From an uncultured delta proteobacterium (GTDB lineage Bacteria; Desulfobacterota; Desulfobaccia; Desulfobaccales; 0-14-0-80-60-11): a DNA stretch of 64,000 bases. Under the pieces are notes generated by a model. That model searched no databases. It saw nothing but the letters and a program-made list of their open reading frames with translations, and was not told the origin of the DNA. Shown here in pieces: positions 34,908 to 45,803 of this stretch. Position 1 is the first letter of the stretch; each line of letters starts with the position of its first letter. A program made the position numbers and the translations under genes. The stretch is taken from NCBI GenBank assembly GCA_963747645.1, contig CAVVFW010000017.1, positions 26,702-90,701 of the forward strand, read 5' to 3'.

Positions 34908-35801
34908 ATGCGGTTAGGGTTTCATCTCTCCATCGCCGGTTCATTGTGCCGGGCGGTCAAAGAGGCCCAGGTCCTGGGCTGTGAGGCTCTCCAGATCTTT
35001 GTCCAGAACCCCCGGGGCTGGAAATGGCGCCCGGTGGACCCGTCGGCGATTCGGGATTTTTCCCGAGCCCGGAGTCAGGCGGGACTGGGCCCCCTGGTGG
35101 TGCATCTCGGCTATCTCCCTAATCTGGCCACGGCCGACCCTGCTCTTTATGCCTTGTCCACCGAGAGGTTGTCCCGGGAACTTGACCTGGCCCGGGCCCT
35201 GAAAGCCGACTACCTGGTGGCCCATCCCGGCCACGGGCCCCTGGAGGCGGCCAGCTTTGCACAGGCGGCCCGGGCCCTGGCCCTGGCGGTCTCCCGGGTG
35301 CCGCCACCCCCCCTGGTGCTCCTGGAAAATACCGCGGGTCAGGGCCAGGAACTGGGCTGGCGCTTCGAGCACCTGGAGCGCATTATCGCCGAAAGCGGCG
35401 TGCCTCTTGGGGTGTGCCTGGACACGGCCCATGCCCATGGGGCCGGGTATGACCTGAGCCGCCCATCGGGGGCGGCCCGGCTGCTGGCCGACCTGGCCCG
35501 GGGGCCGGGACTGGACGCGGTCAAGATCATCCACCTCAACGACTCCCGGGTCAAGTGCAATTCCCGGCGGGATCGCCACTGGCACCTGGGCCAGGGAACC
35601 ATCGGGGCGACGGGACTGCGGCACTTGCTTTCCCACCCCTGGCTCCAGCCCGAAGCCGCGATCCTGGAGACCCCGAAACCGCACCAGGGGTATGAGTGGT
35701 ACAACCTCCTGGTGGCCCGGAGCCTGGTGCCCGGAACCGTGCTCCTGCCGCCGGGGAAGTCCGATCTCGACAGCCATGGCCGCCCTGGCCACGAATTTTA
35801 G
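34908..35801 (+). CDS. nfo: deoxyribonuclease IV (endonuclease IV, AP endonuclease family 2)
   Basis: The ATG at 34908 gives MRLGFHLSIAGS..., with AHPGH, CLDTAHAHGAGY, HLNDS and DRHWHLGQG metal-ligand motifs. Confidence 0.85.
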   Translation: MRLGFHLSIAGSLCRAVKEAQVLGCEALQIFVQNPRGWKWRPVDPSAIRDFSRARSQAGLGPLVVHLGYLPNLATADPALYALSTERLSRELDLARALKADYLVAHPGHGPLEAASFAQAARALALAVSRVPPPPLVLLENTAGQGQELGWRFEHLERIIAESGVPLGVCLDTAHAHGAGYDLSRPSGAARLLADLARGPGLDAVKIIHLNDSRVKCNSRRDRHWHLGQGTIGATGLRHLLSHPWLQPEAAILETPKPHQGYEWYNLLVARSLVPGTVLLPPGKSDLDSHGRPGHEF

Positions 35802-36138
35802 ACCGGCTCTGCCCCACCCGGCCCCCTCCCTGAAGCGAAGCCCCCCAAGGACCTTCCTTCCGTAGCGGTCGCATTTCACGCCCCGCTTGGTTTATGGCGT
35901 TCCATGATTGTTTGGAGATTCCCGGATCCGCCTAAGTCCCCCAACCTCGGACTTTGAACCGGCAATCTCACCTGCCAGTCCCCCCTTCCGGCGGCTACCA
36001 CTTCCGGAGCCGCTGGCACTTGCTATATGCGACTTCCTGAGGACCGGCGGCCACGTCGAATGGACCGAGCTTTACGTACTTCCGGCCCACGCTCCCCGAG
36101 GCGACCAGTGGGCTTCCAGGCAGGGCACTTCCAGGTCC

Positions 36139-37946
36139 TTAGGCGCCGTGGCCCAGTGCCAGGGCGATGGCGCCGCCTACCAGCACCAGCCCCGAGAGAA
36201 TCGCCCCGGCCCAGGTCAGAAAGGTCCGCCGGGGGTAAAAGACCAGGATCAGGACGGCATAGTAGGCGCCGATCATCAGCCAGGTGGGGGTGGGCACGGT
36301 GATGGCGCTGCCGGGGACCCGGGCCCCCCACTGGACCGCCTGATAGCCCAGCCACAGGGGGAATTTGCCCACGAAGAGCAGGGCCTGGGCCACCGGGGTC
36401 AGGGACAGGGCCTGGGAGATGACCGCGGCCTCCCCCAGGGGCAGGGCCAGGAGCAGCACCAGGGGAATGGCCACCAGGTTGACCAGGATGCCCAGGAGGG
36501 AGACCACCTGGAAGTAGAGGGCCACCAGGGGCGCGGTGGCCAGGGTGGCCACCACCGACACCACAAACCACTCCTTGATTCGGAAGAGGAGGCGGGCGGC
36601 GGCTCCCGGGATGGGATGGTCAGAGTTTCGAGTTCTCCGGGTACCGGGCCAAGCGGGGAACCAGGTAGATCAGGAAGGCCACCGCCGACAAAGGAGAGCT
36701 GGAAGGAAATGGAAAAGAGGCGCAGGGGCGCCAGGCTCAGGATGATGAGGGCCGCCAGGGCCAGGGCGCTCCAGACCTCTCCGGGCCGCCCCAGGAAGAC
36801 CAGGAGCAGGTAGGCCAGCACCATGACTTCGGCCCGCTGGGTGGAGGGCGACCCCCCGGCCACGTAGGCATAGAACACCACCGGGATCGCCGCCAGCAGG
36901 GTGGCGATCTTCACCGCGTTGACCCGCAGCAGCAGCCGGGGAAAGCGCCGCAGCAGCCAGAAGCTGAGAAAATAGGTGACCAGGGCCACCATCCCCAGGT
37001 GCAGCCCGTTGATGACCAGCAGGTGGCTGGTGCCGGTGCGGGCGAAATTCTGGCGCATCGCCGGGGTGATCTCGCCCTGGTCCCCCAGGAGCATGGCCAG
37101 ATAGATGGCCCGCTCGGCCGGGTCCAGCACTGTGAGCCGCTCCCGGATGCCCCCCCGGAGCCGCTCGGCCCAGGGATAGTCTTCCGGGGAGGGCAAAAAG
37201 ATGAGGTGCTCCGGGTCCGCCAGCCGCACCTCCCGGAAGAGCCCGTCCGCCGCCAGGTAGCGGGGGCGGTTGAAGGTGCGGGGGTAGTGGAGCATATCGG
37301 GGCGACGCAGGCGCCCGCGGATCACCAGGCCGGTGCCCACCGGCGGGGGCTCCGGCACCGGGGCCAGGACCAGGAGGTTGCCGGACGCGGGCCGCCAGCC
37401 CCAGGGACTCCGCCAGGCGACGGCCTCCATGAAGAGCTGGACCCCACTATCCTTGTACTTTTTCTCCGCCTCTAACCTGCCAAACTTGACCCAATCGTCC
37501 TGGTCCTCTTCCTTTGGCTCTTCCCTGCCAAGCTGTTCCCGTTCCCCCGCCAGCTTGCCGGGGCGGTTGAGATGGCCGAAGATGGTCAGGTTTTGGTGCT
37601 GGGGCAGTTTGGCGAGGTGCCCGGGAGGAAAATCCGGCTGCCGGGCCTGTTGGTGGAAGGCCACCCCCAGGAGCGCGAAAAAGATCAGGGGCAGGAAACG
37701 GACCGGACGCCCCTGCCACCAGAGGAGGGCCAAAGCGGCCCAGAGGGCAAGCATCCCCGCCAGCAACCAGGCCTCCGGCAGGTGCAGGCCCCAGGCCGGG
37801 GCCGCTATCCCCGCCATCAGGGCCAGGGTCACCGGCACCAGGGGCCGGACCACCGGCCGGGCCCCCAGGCCGGGGCCAGTCAGGTGCGGCTCCCGGGGAT
37901 CGGCGTCTAGCTTTTCCTGGCTCGCTGCCGGTGCGGAAAAAAGCAT
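36139..37946 (-). pseudogene. comEC: ComEC/Rec2 family competence channel protein (DUF4131 + Competence domain); frame broken as sequenced
   Basis: ORF 36399..37946 is credible to ...LFSISFQLSF, and ORF 36139..36564 continues as VSVVATLATAPLVALYF... The joining segment (about 36570-36690) needs at least two frame changes. Confidence 0.75.
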
Positions 37947-38447
37947 GCAGGACCATCCATGGTCAACGGCTGGTAAAAATTAACTTGCCAATATTACATC
38001 GCATAATCTTGTTTGACAAATAATCTTTATAAAGGCGTTAAATTAATTCTGAAAGATTATTAATAGCGCTAATTTCTTGTTCTCCAAAGCTCACGCAAAA
38101 TTTTTCAAAGAGTCATGCATGGGTCTGTGGCCCATCCGTAAAGCCTGAAAAAATGGTATAGGCCGGTGGCACAGCCTTTCCAGACTGTGCAGGACTAACC
38201 TGCTCCTTTGCCACAGGCTGGAAAGCCTGTGCCACCGATGTAAAGAACCTATCAGGACCGGGCTTCCGAGGCTTTGGGGCGAAGCAACGGTGGCTCGCCC
38301 ATCTCCGGGGGCCGACTGGGACAATGGTGTAAGAGGTCGGAAACGTTCTTGGATTCGACAATAAGGCTCAAGTCTGGAGGCGATACATCAAGTGCCGGGC
38401 CAGTTTGTTCTTGACAACATGGGTAAAATGTTCAATAAATTAAAGTT

Positions 38448-39300
38448 ATGGGGAGAGTTTTACTTATCCTGGCCGTGTTTTTAACGCAGGTCGCCCTGGT
38501 GGGCCCGGCCTTGGCCGCCCCCAAGATATTGTCCCGGGACGGCAGCCTGGTCATCGACAACCCGGGCGCCAAGCCAGGCAAGAAACGGCTCGGAAGATAC
38601 CCTCTACGAGCTCCTGGGACAGGAAGTGCAGGTCTATATTTTTAACAAGAAAACCCGGGGCTTGCCCCAGGTTTATGGACGCACCGTCCAGGCTCCCTTT
38701 AGAGGGACCGGGACCTTAAGTCTCAAAGACCCCCAGTTAGAGGCCTTGATCCGCAAGTATTCCCAAATCTACGGGGTTGACCCGGGCCTGGTGCGGGCCG
38801 TGATGCGCCACGAATCGGGCTTCAAGTCCACGGCCGTGTCTCCCAAGGGCGCCCAGGGGTTGATGCAGCTCATGCCGGGCACCGCCGCCCTCATGGGGGT
38901 GAAGGACCCCTTTGACCCGGAGCAGAACATCGCCGGGGGGGTGGGATATCTGCGGAGTTGCCTGGACCGGTTTCAGCACAATGTGCCCCTGGCCGTGGCG
39001 GCCTACAACGCCGGCCCGGAAAGCGTGGCCAGATGCGGCGACGATTCCGCCTTACCGGGAGACCCAGGCCTTTGTCAACAACGTCATGGGGGCCTATGCC
39101 GGGCCCAGCCAGATGAAACCCGGGCCCCGGGCGCCGCCAAGGGGACCGCCCCCCCCTTAGGAAAAGCCGCCAAATCGCGGCAAAAGAACGCCAAGCCGGA
39201 AGACCTGAAGGCGGAATCATCCCCTGAACCCCGCCACCGCCCCCGGCCCAAGATCATCGAGGTCAGGTCCCACAAGGCCATAGATGTCTCGCCCCAATAG
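38448..39300 (+). pseudogene. lytic transglycosylase (SLT domain) with signal peptide; frame broken 2-3 times as sequenced
   Basis: A signal peptide ORF (38448..) is followed by the SLT core HESGFKSTAVSPKGAQGLMQLMP and AAYNAGP, and then IPPYRETQAFVNNVMGAY in another frame. The junctions are near 38590, 39030 and possibly the C run near 39150. Confidence 0.75.
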
Positions 39301-39389
39301 GTCGGCCGGGCCCCCGGCCTGCCGCCTTTAGCCCCCCACCGGCCGCCTCGCGGCGCTGACCCCCTCCCCTGCCCTGCCTGGATCAAGGG

Positions 39390-42037
39390 CTAACCCGTCT
39401 CACCTTCTGCCTTTTTCTCCAACGCCTCCGGTCTCTCCGATGCCTCCGGTTTCTCCAGCCCCTCCGGCCACTCCTTGATGTGGAGGTCCCGCTGGGGGAA
39501 GGGGATTTCGATGCCGTGCTCGTTAAAGGCCTCAAAGATGGCGCTGTTCAGCTCATGGGTGGCGGGCATGCGGTCGCTGGGGGTTCTCACGAACACCCAG
39601 ACTTTGAAGTCCAGGGAGCTGTCGCCGTAGGCCTCGAAATAGACCTGCGGCGGCGGCACTGCCACCACCCGGGGGTTGGCCTGGCAAACCTCGGTGAGCA
39701 GTTGCGTCACCTGGCGCACATCCGAACCGTAGGCGACCCCCACCTTCAGGCTGAGGCGGTTAATGCCCGCCCCATAGTGAGTCCAGTTGAGGACCTTGTT
39801 GGACACCAGTTCCGAGTTAGGGATAATCAGGACATACCGGTCGAAGGTCTCGAAGATGGTGCTCCGCACCCGGATCTCTTTCACGGTGCCCCACTGGCCG
39901 TCGATCACCAGCATGTCCCCCACCTTAATGGGTCTTTCGAACAGGAGGATGAGGCCGCTGATGAAGTTATTGACGATGTTCTGGAGGCCGAAGCCGATCC
40001 CCACTCCCAGGGCCCCGAACACTATGAGCCAGGTTGCCCAGCTGAAATCCGAGGATGTTCAGGGCGACCAGCCCGGCCAGGATCAGGATGACGTAATGCA
40101 CGGTGGTGGAGATGGTGTACTGCACTCCGGTGTCCAGGGCGGTGCGGGGGAAGATGCGGATGAGCATCAGTCCACGCACCAGCCGGGACAGGACGAACCC
40201 CAGATAGATCGCCAGGATGGTGCCCCATGACGTTCAGGGTGGTCAGTCTCACCGGTCCCAGGGCGGGCCCCCAGGTCATCCACTGGAAGGCCCAGGCCAC
40301 CTGGTGCGGCGTGATCCCCCAGGAGTTGAGGGACCACAGGACTATGGCCACCCCCAGGACGACGCCTAAAGCCCAACGGCTGAAGACATAGGTCCTTCGG
40401 ATCAGCTCGGCCCGCTCCGGAAAGAACTGCGTGGCCCGGCCGCCTTCCGGATGCAGGAGGTGGCGGATGACGGTCTCCCCCAAAAGCCACAGGAACCACA
40501 GGATGACCGCGGCCATCATGGTCCAGGCGGACGCCTGGGCCAGGTACATGGACAGGTTCTGAAATCCCAACAGGTCGGCCAGGATGATGACTATCAGCAG
40601 GAACACCAGCAGGCCCCGCAAAAACAGGCCCACCACCGGCTGGTGCAGCCAGGTGGGGGCCGACAACTGCGGCAGGAGCCGGGTCAGGTAAGGGCGGCGC
40701 AGGAGCCAGTAGCCCCAGACCAGAATACCCATCAGAAAAAAGTGTTCCACGAACAATCGGCTGGATTCGGGAAAATTGAGCAGACCGGCACTCTTGAGAC
40801 CCAGAATACCCAGGCCGAGGTAAACCAGGAAAAGTTTCAGGGAGCGGCGGTAAAACCTGGCGACGTCCCGCTCCAGGACCAGCACTCCCCCCGCCGTCTG
40901 GCCGGCAAAAAACCCTTGGACCCACTGGATAGACAGGCGCAGGGCCCAGAGCGCCACCAGCGCGGCAAGAATTAACTGGGCCGGAGTTGAGCCTATCAAG
41001 GCAAAGGTCCAAAAGAACAGGCCCAGCCATAAGATCAGGCCCAGCCCAAACAGATTGGCCGCCAGGGCCCGTCCCAGGACATACAACGGCAGCAGCTGGA
41101 CATCGACGCCCCGCTCCCTCCAGGTCCGGAACCGCCGGGTCACCAGGGCATTGAACCGCCGGGTGCTCCACCCCAACAGCAGGATGAAGCCGAGCAGGCC
41201 GACGATGGGGGCCAGGTGCCCCCACAGAAAGGCGCTCAGGCGTCCTGATTCCACCAGGCCATTGAGCCAGTCCCAACCCCGCTGGGGAATAATCGCCAGG
41301 CTCTTCCAGGCCTGGGCCACCTGCTCCCGGAAAGGCACCGCGGCCGCCGGACGCTTCAGGAGCTGGCTCTTCCAGGCGGCCTCCAGTTGCTGCAACTGCG
41401 GCATCAAGCCGGCGAGCAACTCCTGCTCCTGCTCCAGCAGCCGGCGCTGTTGGGCCAATAGGTCCAGCACCTGGGTCTTCAGGCGGTCCCGGTCCCCCGC
41501 CAGGTTCAAATAGGTCAAAAAGGCTTGTTGCAGTTCCGGGGTCATGGCCTCAGGGTTTTTGGCCTGGATTATACTGAGCTGGACCCTCAGGGCATTTTGC
41601 GCTTCGACTTGTTGTTGCTGGCTCTTCTTGAGATCATCGATCTCCTGGTCCAGGTCCTTGAGTTTCCCCTTGAGCTCCTTTTCTCTGTCGCCATATGAGG
41701 CCAGGAGCTCCTCAACCTGGAGCATCGGCAGCTTTTCCAGGACCATGGTGGCTTTCACGGAGGCCACGGCCACCTGGAGGTTGTCCAGCTCTTTTTGGGT
41801 CTGGGCCAGGTCGGCCTCGGCGGCCGGGACCCGGGATTCCCACTTCTTGAGGCTCTCCTGTAACTGGGCAATACTTTGCTCAAATCCCCGGGGCAGGGTC
41901 TCGGGCGAAGCAATCCCTTTATCCGGTTTCTCCGGCGGCGCCGCCTGGGCCCGGACCGAGCCGGGAAAAGCCAAACATCCCGCCACGATCAACGCCACCA
42001 TGAGCCGGTAAAGTGCATATTTCCGCGACATGGGCAC
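39390..42037 (-). pseudogene. large MscS-family mechanosensitive channel (MscK/KefA-like); frame broken twice as sequenced
   Basis: The gene has an N-terminal signal peptide, a coiled-coil region and multiple TM helices (ORF 40022..42037). These are followed by a middle piece (ORF 39967..40179) and the MscS core GFGLQNIVNNFISGLILLFERPIKVGD (ORF 39390..40022). The junctions are near 40235 and 40030. Confidence 0.8.
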
Positions 42038-42230
42038 TCCTGGAGTTTTTCCTCATCTTTTAAGTATATAAGTATATTAGGTAAAAGGTCGGATTGCAAA
42101 CTGGCGGGCCCGCGGCGTAGCCCTCCGGGGGTCTCCGGGTCGGCATATTATGACGGCAAACTCGCCATTATGCAAGGCGGCGTCGCCTTAATCGGCTTCC
42201 CCCCGGCTTCGGCGCCGGTGATTTCCCCGG

Positions 42231-42259
42231 TTGACAGATTTTTTCCCCTGGCATACAGT
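42231..42259 (+). promoter_or_regulatory. candidate sigma-70 promoter upstream of the ABC transporter
   Basis: TTGACA (42231-42236), a 17-nt spacer and TACAGT (42254-42259). It lies about 320 nt upstream of the permease ATG. Confidence 0.5.
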
Positions 42260-42582
42260 AAACTTACCTCAGTTAGGCGAGGCTCCTGCATAAAAACAGG
42301 CCACTGCCCAGAAACGTCGAGAGACGCCAATGGGCCGAACAGGTACTGCCGGCTTAAGGTTTTACTTAATGTGGCTGAGTATGTCGACTCTACGTTATGC
42401 AGTGCCGAAGCTCCACGAGTGAGGAAGGTCGTTTGCCTGTGTCCTATCAGGGCCTTCCACCTGCGTGGCAAGGCCTTTTGTTGTTTCTGGCCCCTTTATC
42501 GCGGTAAGTTGAAGACGGACCGCCAGCCCGGCCCTGATTTTTTCCCTTCACTTAACCTGTCGCAGTGCTGAGAGCCAGTCCC

Positions 42583-44307
42583 ATGAGCCAGCCGTCCCGC
42601 CAGTTTAGAATCGCCAAACCTCTCCGGCGTCCCATAACCTGGGGGGATGGGGTGGTCTTTGTCGGCCTGGCGCTATTCCTTTACCTGGGCATCCGCATCG
42701 GGCTGGGAGCCCCGGCGGTCGTCAAAGGTCCGGAAATTGAGCTGGCGCCCAGGGTCTTGCCCTATTATGTCGGCCTCTCCTTGGGACGCATGGTGGCAGC
42801 CTATATCCTTTCTCTCATCTTTTCCATGGGGTTCGGTTATCTGGCCGCACGGAACCGCACCGCCGAGAAGTTTCTGATCCCGCTCCTGGACGTCCTCCAA
42901 AGCGTGCCCATCCTGTCTTTCCTGCCGGTGGCCCTGCTCAGCCTGAGCGCGATCTTGCCTATCCCCTGGGCGGTGGAGTTGTCCTCCATTATCCTGATCT
43001 TTACCAGCCAGGCCTGGAATATCGGCTTCGCCTGGTATCAATCTCTGACGACGATTCCCCGCAACCTGGCGCAAGCCAGCACTATCTTCCGCTTTAACGG
43101 CTGGCTGCGCTTTAAGACCCTGGAACTGCCCTTTGCCGCCATCAGCCTGATCTGGAACAGCATGGCCAGTTGGGCCGGAGGCTGGTTTTTCTTGATGGCT
43201 GCAGAAATTTTCAGCGTCGGGCCACGGAATTTCCGGCTGCCCGGATTGGGCGCCTACCTCCAGGAAGCAGCCAACCGCGGCAGTTTCGAGGCCATTGCCT
43301 GGGGCCTGGGAGCCCTGATCCTCACCATCGTCACCCTGGACCAACTGGTGTGGCGGCCGCTCCTGGCCTGGTCCGAACGGTTTACCGTATCTATGGTTGA
43401 GGGCGCCACCCCGCCCACCTCCTGGTTTTACGATGCCTTGAGGAATTCCCGGCTCTTGCATTTCCTGAGAACTTCGGTGCTGGAGCCGCCGTTGCGAAGA
43501 TTGGATGAATGGCTGTCCCTGTCATCCTCGGCCCCAGTGGCCATTGAGAGGCCGAAGCGCCAACGCCTCTGGATTTGGTATGCTTTATTGGCGGTTACTT
43601 TTCTGGGGGTAAGTTATGGCATCTTCCTGGCTGCCAAAATGCTCTGGACTCTCCCCCTGGAAAAATGGGGCGATATCGCCTTGGGCACGTTCATCACCCT
43701 GCTCCGGGTCATTGCGGCGTTAATTATTGCCTTGGGATGGACCATCCCGGTGGGCGTCGCCATCGGCAGCAACCCGCGCCTGTCTTCCTGGCTCCAACCG
43801 GTGGTCCAGATCGCGGCCTCGTTGCCTGCCACCGCGTTATTTCCGGTCCTGCTCCTCCTCGTCTTGGGAATGCCTGGCGGGCTGGATGTAGCAGCCATTT
43901 TACTCATGCTGCTGGGTACCCAATGGTATCTCCTGTTTAACATTATCGCCGGGGCCAGCGCCATCCCCCGGGAACTGCTCTATACTTCGGATCTGTTGCA
44001 ATTAAGCCGCTGGGAGCGCTGGCGTTCCTTGATCCTGCCAGCCATTTTTCCTTATGCGATCACCGGGGCCATCGCGGCCGGCGGCGGGGCCTGGAATGCC
44101 AGCGTCGTGGCGGAATATACCCAATTCGGCGGCAAGACCTTCCACACCATCGGGGTCGGGGCCTTGATTGCCGAAGCCACCGGGGCCGGCGATTTCCCCT
44201 TGTTATTGGCCGCCACCCTCTCCCTGATCCTGACCGTGGTAGTCATTAACCGGCTCTTCTGGCAGAGGTTGTACCGCCTGGCCGAAGAACGCTATCGGAT
44301 GGAGTGA
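42583..44307 (+). CDS. ABC transporter permease, duplicated (two transmembrane domains fused), NitT/TauT-like
   Basis: About 575 aa and highly hydrophobic, with two repeated permease halves. An ATG at 42583 lies downstream of the track GTG at 42565. Confidence 0.7.
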   Translation: MSQPSRQFRIAKPLRRPITWGDGVVFVGLALFLYLGIRIGLGAPAVVKGPEIELAPRVLPYYVGLSLGRMVAAYILSLIFSMGFGYLAARNRTAEKFLIPLLDVLQSVPILSFLPVALLSLSAILPIPWAVELSSIILIFTSQAWNIGFAWYQSLTTIPRNLAQASTIFRFNGWLRFKTLELPFAAISLIWNSMASWAGGWFFLMAAEIFSVGPRNFRLPGLGAYLQEAANRGSFEAIAWGLGALILTIVTLDQLVWRPLLAWSERFTVSMVEGATPPTSWFYDALRNSRLLHFLRTSVLEPPLRRLDEWLSLSSSAPVAIERPKRQRLWIWYALLAVTFLGVSYGIFLAAKMLWTLPLEKWGDIALGTFITLLRVIAALIIALGWTIPVGVAIGSNPRLSSWLQPVVQIAASLPATALFPVLLLLVLGMPGGLDVAAILLMLLGTQWYLLFNIIAGASAIPRELLYTSDLLQLSRWERWRSLILPAIFPYAITGAIAAGGGAWNASVVAEYTQFGGKTFHTIGVGALIAEATGAGDFPLLLAATLSLILTVVVINRLFWQRLYRLAEERYRME

Positions 44308-44310
44308 TCT

Positions 44311-45655
44311 ATGGCTGACGAAAACGGCTCTCTCCTGGAACTGCGGCATATCAACCAGATTTACGGCGGCGGCGAAAAGATCTTTACCGCCATTCAGGAT
44401 GTCAATCTGGCCCTGAATGACGGGGAGTTCGCCACCCTCATGGGCCCCACCGGCTGCGGCAAGAGCACCTTGCTGCGGATCATTACCGGACTGCAAGCCC
44501 CCACCGCCGGGGACGTGCTCTACCGGGGCAAGCCGCTGCACGGGGTGAATCCCCATGCCACCATCGTCTTCCAGACCTTTGCCCTGTTTCCCTGGCTGAC
44601 GGTCCAGGAAAACGTCGAAGTGGCCCTCAAGGCCCGGGGCGTGCCCCCCAAACTGCGCACCACCCGGGCCCTGGATCTGCTGGACCGCGTAGGCCTGGAC
44701 GGCTTCGAGAACGCCTACCCCCGGGAACTTTCCGGCGGCATGCTCCAGAAGGTGGGATTTGCCCGGGCCATGGCGGTGGAGCCGGAACTCCTGTGCCTGG
44801 ACGAGCCCTTTTCGGCCCTGGACGTCCTCAGCGCCGAGTCCCTCCGGGGCGAACTGCTGGAACTGTGGACCGGCGGCGTCATCCCCACCCGGGCCATCCT
44901 CATGGCTACCCACAACATCGAAGAAGCCGTGTTCCTGGCGGACCGCATCCTGGTGATGGATAAAGACCCCGGCCGGCTGATCATGAATCTGCAAGGTGGA
45001 CCTGCCCCATCCCCGGCAGCGCAAGGACCCCAAGTTCCTGAACCTGGTGGACCGGGTCTACATGGTCCTGGCCGGCCACACCCAGCCGGAGCACGTCGAG
45101 ATGGGCACCGCCCCCGGCGAACCGGGACGCACCCGGGCCCTGCCTCACATCAACATCGACGATCTGACGGGGCTCATGGAACAACTGGACGGCATGCCGA
45201 ACAACCGGGCGGACATCTACGCCCTGGCCCGGGAACTTCAGATCAACTCCGACGACCTCCTGCGCCTCATCGAGGCCGCGGAATTGCTGGGCCTCGCCAA
45301 TATCGCCTACGGCGATATCACCCTGAATCCCCTGGGGGAGACCTTCGCCGAGGCCAGTATCCGAGCCCGCAAAGAGATTTTTGCCACCCGGATTCGCCGT
45401 CTGCCCCTGTTTAAATGGCTCCTGTCCATCCTCCGGGCCACCGATAAAAAACAGCTGGAGTGGGATGTGATTCAGAAGGCCCTGGAGCTGGAATTCCACA
45501 CGGAGGAAGCGGAACGCCAGTTGGATACTGCCATCGACTGGGGCCGCTACGCCGAACTCCTGGCCTATGACGACAGCAGCCAGATCCTCTTCCTGGAACC
45601 GGGGGGCGTGGCGGGGTTTGGCCGGGAGCATCTCAACCCGCCCGGGCAGCCTTAA
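44311..45655 (+). pseudogene. ABC transporter ATP-binding protein with a C-terminal AAA-associated-type domain; one frameshift as sequenced
   Basis: Walker A GPTGCGKST, signature LSGGMLQKV and Walker B LLCLDEPFSALD are present. One extra G near 44988-44992 separates this part from ORF 44996..45655 (VDLPHPRQRKDPKFLNLVDRVY...). Confidence 0.8.
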
Positions 45656-45803
45656 AGCCAGGGCGACTCCCAGGGCGTGCCCCCCTACGGCTTTCGAGCC
45701 ACGATTGCCGCAGGGAACCGTACCCATCCCGGCCGGCTGACGCCGGGTCCTCACCCCGGATTTAATCTTTTGCGGGCCGGGACCGAAATACTGAGGGAGG
45801 CCC

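Noticed and set aside
35915-36012. tRNA-Sec-like string on the minus strand (GGAAGTGGTAGCCGCC...GGTTCAAAGTCC)
   Set aside because: The D, anticodon and T stems cannot be paired around the TCA, and no matching acceptor 3-prime strand is present.
42320-42450. RNase P RNA-like motifs (ACAGGTACTGCCGGCTTA and GAGGAAGGTCG)
   Set aside because: The two P4-like strings occur in the wrong order for RNase P RNA. The GAGGAAAGUCC core deviates at two universally conserved positions, and other conserved elements are absent.
42265-42582. A cobalamin, Moco, NiCo or Mn riboswitch upstream of the ABC transporter
   Set aside because: Only short chance resemblances were found (GCCACUG, ACAG repeats, GAGAGAC). 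The defining cores (GGUGAAAAUCC-type B12 core, GCCUCCGAGCC, GGGGAGUAG) are missing.
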